Positions 8,631-17,110 of a stretch of DNA of 36,065 nucleotides are shown here, in pieces. The translations under genes were made by a program, and so were the position numbers. Source of the DNA: Bdellovibrionales bacterium (GTDB lineage Bacteria; Pseudomonadota; Alphaproteobacteria; UBA9219); assembly GCA_050180745.1 (NCBI GenBank), contig JBFXDW010000003.1, positions 1-36,065 on the forward strand, in the 5' to 3' direction. The stretch's first letter is position 1; each line of letters begins with the position of its first letter. Under the pieces are notes generated by a model that ran no database searches, was not told where the DNA came from, and saw only the letters and a program-made list of their open reading frames with translations.

Positions 8631-10052
8631 ATGGAAAACCTTCCCAAATACAAGCTGCTTTCTTCTGAGACAGCAGGAGGAAAACCTAATCTTCTCGACG
8701 GAAAAACAGCGGAGGAAGGCCTGCGACGGATACAGGCACTTCTGGCAGATTGGCTGCGCATGGAGAATGTTGTTGTTTTAACTGCCGCTGGCTGCTCTTT
8801 TGCGTGTGGCGGAAGACTGATGGCTGGACCAAAAGATAATAATCTGGAGTGTGTTGTTCTTAACGCCGTTGAAGCCGCGCAATTGGATGAAAACGCCAAA
8901 GCCGTTATTCAGCACAGAAAATCAACATGGCCAGAAGATGATGCTTATGGCCCCTTTGGATTTGAGGAGTGGCTAAGTTATGTGTTTAACGCGCCAAGTC
9001 TGTCCCAACCTGCATCTTCTCCCATTAAGTCTGTTATTTGGAAAACGATTAAAGACCAGGAGGAAAAGGGTCTAGCTCTCGATGATAAGGATTTAACAAG
9101 TTTGCGTAGCCTTATTGAAAAAGCAATCTATGCAGAATGTTCCTTACAAATTGATCGCACAGAACTTTCATCAGATCACGAACAAAAAACGTCGGGTCAT
9201 ATTCCTTTTTTAGCAAAACTCATCGCACGAGATGCAAACCTTGGCAGGACGCATTTGTTCACCCTTAATTATGACACCCTATTCGAACAAGCGATGGAAG
9301 AGCTTGGGATACAGTATTTTGATGGTTTTTCAGGAAAGGCTTGCTCTCGCTTCGATCCGTCGGTCTATGGCTTGGACATTTATTATCCTGGAGACGTTGC
9401 TGAAGGGCGGGTTCGTCGTTTTGATAAATTCTTGCAGTTCTACAAACTACATGGGTCTCTTCATTGGTCTTTTGATGAAAAAAACATATGTCGCGCAAAA
9501 CACCAAGATTTTGATTTTGTAAAAGACTATAAAGAACAGACCAATGAGAAAAAGGCGGAACGGCTTATATCGAAAGAATTTGGAGCTATTACCTCTTATG
9601 GGATACTCCCAACCTCACAGAAGTTTTCGCAAACGCTCGAAATGCCGTATGCTCATCTATTTCGCTTATTTCACGCAAGATTAAACCAACCGCAAACATT
9701 TCTGCTCGTCCTTGGTTATGGTTTTGGAGACGAGCATGTCACGCGAATTATTGAAACAGCCCTCATGAATCCATCTCTCGTAATGCTGGTTGTCGAACCA
9801 AACCCCAACAGCCTTGTCGTTAAAAAGATACTGAATTACCAGAAGCTAGGACAAAGGGCTTTCGTTTTGACATCAAGCGATGAAAGTTGGAAAAAGAACC
9901 CCTACCAATATGCAACCTTTTCTGACTTTGCCCAAAACATTATGCCCGACATTAAATGGCTTGAAGATTTCAAACGCCTTCGTTCTTTTGAAGAGCAAAT
10001 TGGTAATGCGCAGAAAGATGGAGCGCCATCAGCCATGTTAAGCGAGGGATGA
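8631..10052 (+). CDS. sir2: SIR2-family NADase (Sir2 of a Sir2-HerA defence pair)
   Basis: AAGGAG RBS before ATG 8631. Motifs VVLTAAGCS, FTLNYD, KLHGS and LGYGFGDEH. ATGA overlap with HerA. Confidence 0.9.
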   Translation: MENLPKYKLLSSETAGGKPNLLDGKTAEEGLRRIQALLADWLRMENVVVLTAAGCSFACGGRLMAGPKDNNLECVVLNAVEAAQLDENAKAVIQHRKSTWPEDDAYGPFGFEEWLSYVFNAPSLSQPASSPIKSVIWKTIKDQEEKGLALDDKDLTSLRSLIEKAIYAECSLQIDRTELSSDHEQKTSGHIPFLAKLIARDANLGRTHLFTLNYDTLFEQAMEELGIQYFDGFSGKACSRFDPSVYGLDIYYPGDVAEGRVRRFDKFLQFYKLHGSLHWSFDEKNICRAKHQDFDFVKDYKEQTNEKKAERLISKEFGAITSYGILPTSQKFSQTLEMPYAHLFRLFHARLNQPQTFLLVLGYGFGDEHVTRIIETALMNPSLVMLVVEPNPNSLVVKKILNYQKLGQRAFVLTSSDESWKKNPYQYATFSDFAQNIMPDIKWLEDFKRLRSFEEQIGNAQKDGAPSAMLSEG

Positions 10053-12196
10053 TGGAACAAACCCGTGTCATAGGCCATGTTGTTGCTATATATGGTTTCA
10101 GATTAAAAGTAGAGCTTTCCCCTGATGCAAAGTCTTCGTCAAGGGCAACCCCAGATGGGGTTCAACGCGCTGTTGCTATAAACTCCTTTTTAACATTTGA
10201 TCTTGGTGCGGGAACTTATGCGATAGGAATGTTAAGTGACTTGGAAGCGCGTGAAAGCTACGACCCAACACAAGACAAAGAATTATCGTTAGAACTGACA
10301 AAACCGCGACGCATTGCTTCCGTTCAACTTTTAGGAACAGTTAAGCAAGATGGAAAAAGGGAATGGAAATTTGATACTGGCATTACGGTGCTGCCAACAC
10401 TTGATACGCCTGCAGAGGTTGCCTCTCCAGACATTCTCTCCGGTATTTTTGCCTGCCCCCCAAAACGAAACAGGCCCCATTCCAGCACAACAGACGATTA
10501 TGATTTCCCGCTAGACTTAGGTCATCAAACGGGAAATGAGGACGTTATAATCAAAGCATCTTTTAATGACTTATTCTCTCGCCCTCTTGCTGTTGTAGGG
10601 AACACGGGGTCTGGTAAATCTTATACAGTCGCAAGCTTGTTACGTGGCATTATCGAGCTTGAACGGTTTTCCACGATTTCAGATGCAGAACCACACGTCT
10701 TTATCCTCGACATTAACGGCGAATACGCAAACGCCTTTTTAGATAAAGGCAGATCGTCCTATACACGCGAGCCAAACAAAATATATTTGAATGGAGAGGA
10801 ATTTTGTGTTCCTGCGTGGTTGATGAATGGTGAAGAAGTTTGCGAGTGGTTACAAGCTTCTGAAGCTACACAAGAGCCAGTATTGAAAGACTGGTGGGCG
10901 ATTGCAAAATCAAAACAGATGGGTATCGGATCATATGATCCATTACAAATTGCTATTCAGAAAATAGACGGGGCAATTGGTTGGTTGGACAAAAATAGCC
11001 CCAAGAGTGCTTTCAAGCTCGCGCTAGATCATGCCAAACAATATGCGCCTGACGAAGACTGGGACAGTCTCACGGCCCTTCCAAAGTGGTCAGATGATAC
11101 TTCAACAAAAAAGGATGACTGGGCAAAAATCACCAATGACAAGGAAGTTCGCGATTCTCTCGGAAAATTTCGTGGGAATCTGTTGGAAAAAATATCTATA
11201 AGACAACAGGATGGCATTAACTTTGCGAGAACCGCCGATTCTCCTCGGTTTGTTGCCTTAAATGATTTTCGTGACCCAAATCTTGTCGATAGATCAACAG
11301 ACATAGATGGAAGTAAAAAAATAGATCAGTATCTTCTAACATTAAAACTTCGTCTTCGCACAAGGCTTGATGATCGACGCTGGCAGTCATTCTTTAGCTA
11401 TGAACAGCAAAACGTTCACACGTTTGAAAATTGGATAGAGAAAATGGGGATCGGCCAGAAGAACGGCTGGCGAATCTCTATTTTGGATCTTTCAATGCTA
11501 GCCTCCGAAGTTTTACCCTTCGTCTGCGCTTTGATTGGTAGGCTCCTTTTGGAGACGAGGGAAATGTTGCGGCCAGATGTTCGTAGCAAATATCCCTGGG
11601 TGCTCGTTTTAGAAGAGGCCCACAATTACGCAAGGCCATCGGCACTTGCAGAAGACCGTGGGCAAACCCTTTCCCGTAGAGCTTTTGAGCGCATCGCTAA
11701 AGAGGGACGCAAGTTTGGTCTCTCTCTCATTGTCGCTAGCCAACGCCCAAGTGAGATTAGTCCGACGATTGTAAGTCAATGTGCAAACTTTTTTGCCCAT
11801 CGGTTGCAAAATCCAGATGATATAGAACATTTCCGCCGCATTATCCCGAAACAGGCACAAAGGCTGCTCGATCAAATAACAGTTTTAGCGGCAGGCGAAT
11901 CCATTGTCTTCGGAAGTGCTGTGCATATTCCAACACGTGTTCAGATTAGGATTCCATCCCAAGAACCGTGGAGCGCAACAGCAGCGCCATATGTTGATTG
12001 GGCAAAGACAGACCAGTTCCCAATAAAAGACGTTATTACAGACTGGGGGCTTGTGGAGGAAAAAGTCGTTGAGAAAGATTTTTCTGCGGGAGATAGTCAG
12101 CTAGAAGAAGAAACCACTACGGCTCCTGCTGCACAAGGAAGCAGCTATCCCTCACAAAATGGTTCCAATGATCTTGATGACGAGATACCGTTCTAA
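10049..12196 (+). CDS. herA: HerA/FtsK-family ATPase with N-terminal HAS barrel and SSB-like C-terminal tail
   Basis: Walker A GNTGSGKS, Walker B VLVLEEAH, IAKEGRKFG and ASQRPSE. Ends ...NGSNDLDDEIPF. Confidence 0.92.
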   Translation: MMEQTRVIGHVVAIYGFRLKVELSPDAKSSSRATPDGVQRAVAINSFLTFDLGAGTYAIGMLSDLEARESYDPTQDKELSLELTKPRRIASVQLLGTVKQDGKREWKFDTGITVLPTLDTPAEVASPDILSGIFACPPKRNRPHSSTTDDYDFPLDLGHQTGNEDVIIKASFNDLFSRPLAVVGNTGSGKSYTVASLLRGIIELERFSTISDAEPHVFILDINGEYANAFLDKGRSSYTREPNKIYLNGEEFCVPAWLMNGEEVCEWLQASEATQEPVLKDWWAIAKSKQMGIGSYDPLQIAIQKIDGAIGWLDKNSPKSAFKLALDHAKQYAPDEDWDSLTALPKWSDDTSTKKDDWAKITNDKEVRDSLGKFRGNLLEKISIRQQDGINFARTADSPRFVALNDFRDPNLVDRSTDIDGSKKIDQYLLTLKLRLRTRLDDRRWQSFFSYEQQNVHTFENWIEKMGIGQKNGWRISILDLSMLASEVLPFVCALIGRLLLETREMLRPDVRSKYPWVLVLEEAHNYARPSALAEDRGQTLSRRAFERIAKEGRKFGLSLIVASQRPSEISPTIVSQCANFFAHRLQNPDDIEHFRRIIPKQAQRLLDQITVLAAGESIVFGSAVHIPTRVQIRIPSQEPWSATAAPYVDWAKTDQFPIKDVITDWGLVEEKVVEKDFSAGDSQLEEETTTAPAAQGSSYPSQNGSNDLDDEIPF

Positions 12197-12205
12197 GGTA
12201 TAAAG

Positions 12206-12502
12206 TTAATCCATAAAAAACGTGCCCGTTGTAAATCCATCAGGAAGTTTTTGTGTCCGTATTTCTTTTCCATCCCATGTATGAACGGTTTGTCCTGTGG
12301 GATCATTAGGAAGAGTTTCGTTGCGGAAAATCCAGGCGCTTCCTTCTTCACTTGGGTCAACCCAAGTGGATGATATGAGCCTTGCGTTCTCCGGCATATC
12401 GGGAGAAAGGTCGGCCCTGTTTCGTGCCCGAAGCCTATTAAGCGCGTTTTCAGGCTTTTCTGCCTCAACATCAAATTCAAAAAATTGAATGCGTGCAGCC
12501 AT
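12206..12502 (-). CDS. Hypothetical protein (98 aa)
   Basis: ORF MAARIQFFEFDVEAEK..., convergent on the herA stop. No recognised motif and a weak RBS. Confidence 0.45.
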   Translation of the reverse strand: MAARIQFFEFDVEAEKPENALNRLRARNRADLSPDMPENARLISSTWVDPSEEGSAWIFRNETLPNDPTGQTVHTWDGKEIRTQKLPDGFTTGTFFMD

Positions 12503-12621
12503 GATTTTGTTGGTTGATCGCTTACCGCGTGTTGTTTGTTCGCTTTGCATGAAAGATTCCTTTGTTCGTGTTTCCGTGAAAATCTATCGCGGAATAAAAA
12601 AGAATCCCAGACGAAAAAACG

Positions 12622-12969
12622 TCACTTGTTATAATTCCCATTCTCTGGCCCCTTCGAGAGGGAAGGATTATCTTCTGTTGGCGTTTCAATATCCGGTACT
12701 TTGTCGAGAAGTTCCTCGGCGCTGCCCTCGATCTTTTGAAGGAACGGAAAGCGTTTGACGAGGACACGGAAGAGCGCGGTCACGCTTACGGCAACCAGCA
12801 ACGCCAGACCGCCGAGGAAGGTTTCATACGCAAGCGGGTCAAGGCCATGGTGAACGTTTAAGCTGTGTCCTGCAAAATACACCGTCGCGCCAGCGATAAG
12901 GCCAAGCGCGTTGCTTTTTCCCTTATGGCGGAACTTCGTGAACCACACGATTTTGCTCAACATGCCCAT
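12622..12969 (-). CDS. Two-TM membrane protein, putative holin
   Basis: Two hydrophobic segments (ALGLIAGATVYFAG; FLGGLALLVAVSVTALF) and a charged C-tail. GAAAGGA RBS, several close ATGs (MDKMGM). At the end of the lysis cassette. Confidence 0.55.
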   Translation of the reverse strand: MGMLSKIVWFTKFRHKGKSNALGLIAGATVYFAGHSLNVHHGLDPLAYETFLGGLALLVAVSVTALFRVLVKRFPFLQKIEGSAEELLDKVPDIETPTEDNPSLSKGPENGNYNK

Positions 12970-12994
12970 CTTGTCCATCCTTTCTTGCAGACGC

Positions 12995-13030
12995 AAAAGG
13001 AGCGCAGAGGTTTCCCCGTGCGCTCCTTTT
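12995..13030. terminator. Intrinsic terminator-like hairpin, potentially bidirectional
   Basis: AAAAGGAGCGCA (12995-13006) and TGCGCTCCTTTT (13019-13030) form a perfect 12-bp inverted repeat. Confidence 0.75.
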
Positions 13031-13043
13031 GGCTCGTTGTGGG

Positions 13044-13439
13044 TTAGGCTTCTTCCGTGGAGGCCGTAGCCGTGTCTTTGGCGGTGCTTTCGGCTTCTTC
13101 TGCAAAGGATGTGCCTTTAAGAAGAGCGTCGGCCTTTGCTATATATTCAGCATAAATGGCCTCGCGCTTTTCGTCGGTCATGATGCCTGCATTGTGCAAA
13201 AGCGTCGTGACCTGGCCCAAGAGATCGTTGAACGTCTCGAAGGCTTTTTGAACCGCTTCTTCCGCCGTCGTAAGGCCGGACTCGACCAGCGCAGTCAGGC
13301 TTTCAAGAGCCGTTCCGAGTTCTTCCAGTTTTACGGTCACTTCCGCCGCGATTGTTTTCCCGCTTTTGATCGCTGTTGTGACGGAAGAGATGATCGACGC
13401 GACCGACGTGGCCGCGCTTGCGATAGTGGCTAAACTCAT
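13044..13439 (-). CDS. Ala/Thr-rich amphipathic helical protein in the lysis cassette
   Basis: TAATG coupling to the upstream lipoprotein, AAGGA RBS, N-terminus MSLATIASAATSVASIISSVTTAIKSGK, acidic C-terminus. Confidence 0.7.
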   Translation of the reverse strand: MSLATIASAATSVASIISSVTTAIKSGKTIAAEVTVKLEELGTALESLTALVESGLTTAEEAVQKAFETFNDLLGQVTTLLHNAGIMTDEKREAIYAEYIAKADALLKGTSFAEEAESTAKDTATASTEEA

Positions 13440-13783
13440 TATTCGTTTCCTTTCAGTTGGGTTTCGCAGTTGTCGGCGGCTTCGGCCAAGGCATCGAAAG
13501 CCACGTCCTCTTCGTCCGTGATTGTGTCGGTCACGGTGTCCGCATCGACGGCGGTTTTTAGCGCCGTGATCTTGGTTTTGTGGGCGTAAATGGCTGGCGC
13601 ATAGTCGGCCTTAAAGTTTTCTTTGCCTTTGCACTTTTCGATTGCATCCTGATATTCCCGCCCGCGAGACAGGTGAGAATTAAGCTGTTGCTCGGCTAAT
13701 AGCCCGCTACAGGCCGAAAGCCCCAGAAGCGCAAGGCCGAGACAAACGACCTGTGCGCCTTGTTTGAGTTGCGTCATATTCAT
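13439..13783 (-). CDS. Lipoprotein, possible outer-membrane spanin-like
   Basis: GAAAGGAG RBS, ATG 13783 overlapping the endolysin stop (ATGA), signal peptide with LSAC lipobox, two further Cys. Confidence 0.7.
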   Translation of the reverse strand: MNMTQLKQGAQVVCLGLALLGLSACSGLLAEQQLNSHLSRGREYQDAIEKCKGKENFKADYAPAIYAHKTKITALKTAVDADTVTDTITDEEDVAFDALAEAADNCETQLKGNE

Positions 13784-14244
13784 GTTGTTCTTTCTCCTTT
13801 CAGTTGGATTGTGCTGCTTTTTTTCCAAAGAGCCGCTTCCGCCGCACGGCGGCGGGATAGGCCGTCCAGAACCTTTCCTTTCGATTTGTTCCAACGGGCA
13901 AGCTGCGCCGGAACATGGTCGTAAAGGCCTTGATTGAGTTTTCTCAAAAGGGTTGATCGCTTGAAGTTGCCCGCGCCCACGTTGAAAACGAACGAGACCA
14001 GCGCGGCGAATTGTCTTCGGCTTAACGGCACGTCAACGCATTGTTCAATAGGCAGCGCGGCCCTGGTTAGGTCGTCCATAAGGAGGGCTTCGGCCTGTTC
14101 TTTGGTTATGGCTTGGCCCTGCACAACGCCTTGCGTGTGGCCGTAGCCGATTGTCCATTTACCTGCCGGACACAGATAGGCGGACAAGCGCAAACCCTCG
14201 AATATCTTGACGAGATCAAGCGCCTCTTGAGGGATTTCAGGCAT
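13780..14244 (-). CDS. Endolysin, GH24 phage lysozyme
   Basis: FEGLRLSAYLCPAGKWTIGYGHT (E-x8-C-x5-T triad), ALVSFVFNVG, GLSRRRAAE. Confidence 0.95.
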   Translation of the reverse strand: MPEIPQEALDLVKIFEGLRLSAYLCPAGKWTIGYGHTQGVVQGQAITKEQAEALLMDDLTRAALPIEQCVDVPLSRRQFAALVSFVFNVGAGNFKRSTLLRKLNQGLYDHVPAQLARWNKSKGKVLDGLSRRRAAEAALWKKSSTIQLKGERTT

Positions 14245-14246
14245 GA

Positions 14247-14546
14247 CTAGCTATGCGCCGTCCACCAGCGCAGCAGATTGTTGGCAATGAACCCTGCCAC
14301 GGCACCCAGCGATAGGATCACGGCAAAGCCGCCTTTCCAGCGGTTGGCTAGGCGGTCGAGCTGGTCGAGGCGGGTGTCAACGCTATCGACCTTGGTTTTT
14401 AGGTCTGTGACGGCGGAGAGAAGGCTTGCGACTTGCGCTTCCAACCGTCCGATAGAACGGAAGAACTCGATTTGCTCGTTGGGGCTCATGGCAATAGGCT
14501 CCTGATCCAGCCCGTTGGGAAGGCTTTCTGTGTGTATTTGAGGCAT
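14247..14546 (-). CDS. Holin-like membrane protein (coiled coil plus C-terminal TM, XhlA-like architecture)
   Basis: Heptad segment IGRLEAQVASLLSAVTDLKTKVDSVDTRLDQL followed by TM GGFAVILSLGAVAGFIA. Directly upstream of the endolysin; the start may be an internal Met. Confidence 0.7.
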   Translation of the reverse strand: MPQIHTESLPNGLDQEPIAMSPNEQIEFFRSIGRLEAQVASLLSAVTDLKTKVDSVDTRLDQLDRLANRWKGGFAVILSLGAVAGFIANNLLRWWTAHS

Positions 14547-14549
14547 GGA

Positions 14550-14759
14550 TTATCCGGCGATGATGATCACGATGGGCTGTGCGGTTGTCGCGCAGGAAGC
14601 TGCTGCGTTTGAGCGAATGATTTCAACGGTGAGTTGGCTTGATCGCGCCTGAGGCGTTGCAGGGCGAGATATGATCTCTGTTGCGCAGGCACTCACGCGC
14701 CCGTGACCATTGAGCGGTTTGCGTACGATTTCTGCGGTGGTTTGAGAGACGAGAAGCAT
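14550..14759 (-). CDS. Small tail-fibre-associated protein
   Basis: TGATG coupling to the upstream gene. Three imperfect repeats (VSQTTAEIV, VSACATEII, SSQLTVEII). Confidence 0.6.
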   Translation of the reverse strand: MLLVSQTTAEIVRKPLNGHGRVSACATEIISRPATPQARSSQLTVEIIRSNAAASCATTAQPIVIIIAG

Positions 14760-15775
14760 CAGGCTTGGACCTTGTAGCCGAACTCGGCGGCGTTAATGTC
14801 AGTTTCAGTCCATGATGTTGCAGCAGAAGGGTTCTGCTCCCAAATGTGCCTGTAAATGAGATAGGAGTCGGAGAGGCTGATGTTGCTTCCCTCATGAATC
14901 GTGCCGTCATTCAGAGCTATCGCTCTTAAAATCCGTGGTCCGGCATCGTCCTTACGGGCCATCAAGTTGATTTGTGCGCCGTGGATCACGTTGCCATTTG
15001 TGCCAAGGTCGTCAAAGGAGAAGGTATCAACGTCTCCGACCACGTCGCTTGTGTTGTAGCTTGTGTCCGCGTCCGCTGGGGTTTCATCCACATTCTCCCA
15101 GTTGGCGGTCGAGCCGACGGGTGTGAAGGCGGCATTGCTGCCCTGACCATCCGGATAAAGCGTGTCTATGCGGCAGTCACCCAAATAATCGTTGTTCGTG
15201 TTCCCTGTGCCATCACATATGTAAAGATCATGGAATCCCGTACCAACCCATGAGGCACAGCCAAAGCGAATGGTTCTGGCCGTTGCAAGGCTGGAAGAAT
15301 ATTTGGTGTCACCCGTATAGGTGGCCCAGACCTGTTCGTTAACTCTGACCTCAAAAGTGCCGTTCGTGTCGGCTATTACGGCCTTAACTTCAATGTAGTT
15401 CCATACGCCTGCTTGAAGTGTTTGGGCGGCTGTCGTGAGCAGGACGGATCCGTCACCGCGATAGAGCTGGATCACGCCATTGGTGAGGCACAGGGTGAGT
15501 TGCACGCTGGAGGTCGCGTCAACAAACTGAACCGTTTTGGCGGTGTTCGTGGAGTTAATTTCTGGACAGAAGGCGAAGCCAACAATCCATGTCGTTTGAT
15601 CATCAAGCGAGATCGCAAAACGATCCCCACCGCTGTTGTACAGCTTGACGGCAACCGATCCAGCGCGCCTGCCGACCATGGTGCTGATTGAGGCGTTGCT
15701 GACAGTTGTATATTTTAGGGGCATTTGAGCTGGTATGGCATAATGGTCAAACCCGTCGATAAAACGTAGAGCCAT
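14759..15775 (-). CDS. Putative receptor-binding/tail fibre protein with a LamG/concanavalin-like beta-sandwich
   Basis: AAGGAG RBS. Beta-rich, with WNYIEVK..., FEVRVNE and HDLYICD motifs. Follows the DUF2793-like fibre gene. Confidence 0.65.
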   Translation of the reverse strand: MALRFIDGFDHYAIPAQMPLKYTTVSNASISTMVGRRAGSVAVKLYNSGGDRFAISLDDQTTWIVGFAFCPEINSTNTAKTVQFVDATSSVQLTLCLTNGVIQLYRGDGSVLLTTAAQTLQAGVWNYIEVKAVIADTNGTFEVRVNEQVWATYTGDTKYSSSLATARTIRFGCASWVGTGFHDLYICDGTGNTNNDYLGDCRIDTLYPDGQGSNAAFTPVGSTANWENVDETPADADTSYNTSDVVGDVDTFSFDDLGTNGNVIHGAQINLMARKDDAGPRILRAIALNDGTIHEGSNISLSDSYLIYRHIWEQNPSAATSWTETDINAAEFGYKVQA

Positions 15776-15789
15776 AGAGGGAGTCTCCT

Positions 15790-16512
15790 TCAGATGCGTA
15801 GGCCCGCCAAAGCGAAGCCAATGTCAGATAAGGTGTCATCCTGTGTCGTGGGAGCTATAAGGGTCAGGATGTCGCCTGTGGCAAAGTCTGTTGTCGTGGG
15901 GCAGTTGAATGTTGCGGCTGTACTGGAAGCGGCAAAGCGCAGCGTGGCGAACTCAGCCCCGTTCTTGCAGATCGAGAAAGAAACCGAGGCAGTCGCGGCA
16001 ACCGCTGCAACCCCCATGCTTAAGGGCATATTCGCAAGAAAGCGCACGGATCGGGGTAAAGGAAAGCGCAGGATAATGGCCCCTTCAACGGGCTTGCCCA
16101 GCAAAGAGCCGCCAATATCATACGGAGCCGTGCCAGCTTCGGCAGCGATGGTGAAGTTGCTCCCATCGCAATAAAGGAGCTTGCTTTCGCCGCTCCCGAA
16201 TGAAAGAGCCGTGCCGGATGGTGTCTTGACCGAGAGGGCATAGCCTCCACTCGTCGCATTAAGGACAAAGAGCAGTTTGGGATATGCCGGAACGGTGATT
16301 GTCCGCGCCGCCGTCAGGACTCCGGTAAACTTAAGGGCCATGCTGCCTAGCATCTGAGCATCACTCAGCGTCAAATCGGTATCAGAAAGCGTGATTTCCG
16401 TAAGTTGACATAAGGCTTTGTCCAGCGCGTCAAAGGCCGTGTTAGCTGTGACTTCCTTTTGCGCTTGGGAAGAGACGATATGCGCTATCTCAAGATTGGG
16501 GGTTGTTGTCAT
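15790..16512 (-). CDS. Tail fibre protein, DUF2793-like N-terminus
   Basis: MTTTPNLEIAHIVSSQAQKEVTANTAFDALD resembles the GTA/alphaproteobacterial phage fibre N-terminus. Located after the tail tip gene. Confidence 0.75.
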   Translation of the reverse strand: MTTTPNLEIAHIVSSQAQKEVTANTAFDALDKALCQLTEITLSDTDLTLSDAQMLGSMALKFTGVLTAARTITVPAYPKLLFVLNATSGGYALSVKTPSGTALSFGSGESKLLYCDGSNFTIAAEAGTAPYDIGGSLLGKPVEGAIILRFPLPRSVRFLANMPLSMGVAAVAATASVSFSICKNGAEFATLRFAASSTAATFNCPTTTDFATGDILTLIAPTTQDDTLSDIGFALAGLRI

Positions 16513-16617
16513 GTTTCTAACCTTTTGTTCTGGAACGGGTCAGGTAACTGCTTTATGTTCTTTAGGGTTTGTCTTTACCTTAAATCGCTAAAAGGCTCTC
16601 AAGGAGGAGATCGCTCT

Positions 16618-17106
16618 ATGACGTTTGAAATAACACCTGCATCACCCAATGACCTCGACGAAGCCCTTTCGTTTATTCAAGAAATTATAGGCGCGGGTGA
16701 AACCTACGCTTTATCAGGAGACATGGTGCGACAGGACATCCATGATTATTTTTTTCACAAAGGGCACAAGGTGTTTAAAGCTACTTTAGATGGCGAAATT
16801 GTTGGCATTTGTTATCTCCGTGCAAATCAAAGTGGCGGCGGGAGCCATGTTGCTAATGCCGGATTCATGGTCTCTTCTCTTGTGCGCCGAAAAGGCATAG
16901 CGCGACGAATGGCAAGGCATATTCTTGATGTAGCCAAGGAATCAGGGTTCATGGCCATGCAGTTCAATTTTGTTGTAAGCACAAACATGGCGGCGGTCAC
17001 TTTGTGGAAGGATTTGGGCTTTGATATTGTTGGAACGCTTCCCAAGGCGTTTAATCATCCTGCGCAAGGAAAAGTTGACGCTTTAGTCATGTATAAATTT
17101 CTCTGA
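16618..17106 (+). CDS. GNAT N-acetyltransferase (moron, antisense to the tail genes)
   Basis: AAGGAGGAG RBS. Acetyl-CoA motif VRRKGIARRM, plus HVANAGFMV and VVSTNMAAVTLWKDLGF. Confidence 0.9.
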   Translation: MTFEITPASPNDLDEALSFIQEIIGAGETYALSGDMVRQDIHDYFFHKGHKVFKATLDGEIVGICYLRANQSGGGSHVANAGFMVSSLVRRKGIARRMARHILDVAKESGFMAMQFNFVVSTNMAAVTLWKDLGFDIVGTLPKAFNHPAQGKVDALVMYKFL

Positions 17107-17110
17107 AGGC

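Larger units (their letters stand above)
2781..12196 (+). other. Anti-phage defence island: type III R-M with embedded HEPN, plus Sir2-HerA
   Basis: Five co-oriented, closely spaced genes, each from a known defence-associated family. Confidence 0.85.

Noticed and set aside
12527-12580. Alphaproteobacterial LexA box (GTTC-N7-GTTC)
   Set aside because: The two GTTC copies start 26 nt apart, not 11.
13780-14244. Endolysin inactivated by Cys in place of the catalytic Asp
   Set aside because: E-x8-C-x5-T is a known active GH24 variant.
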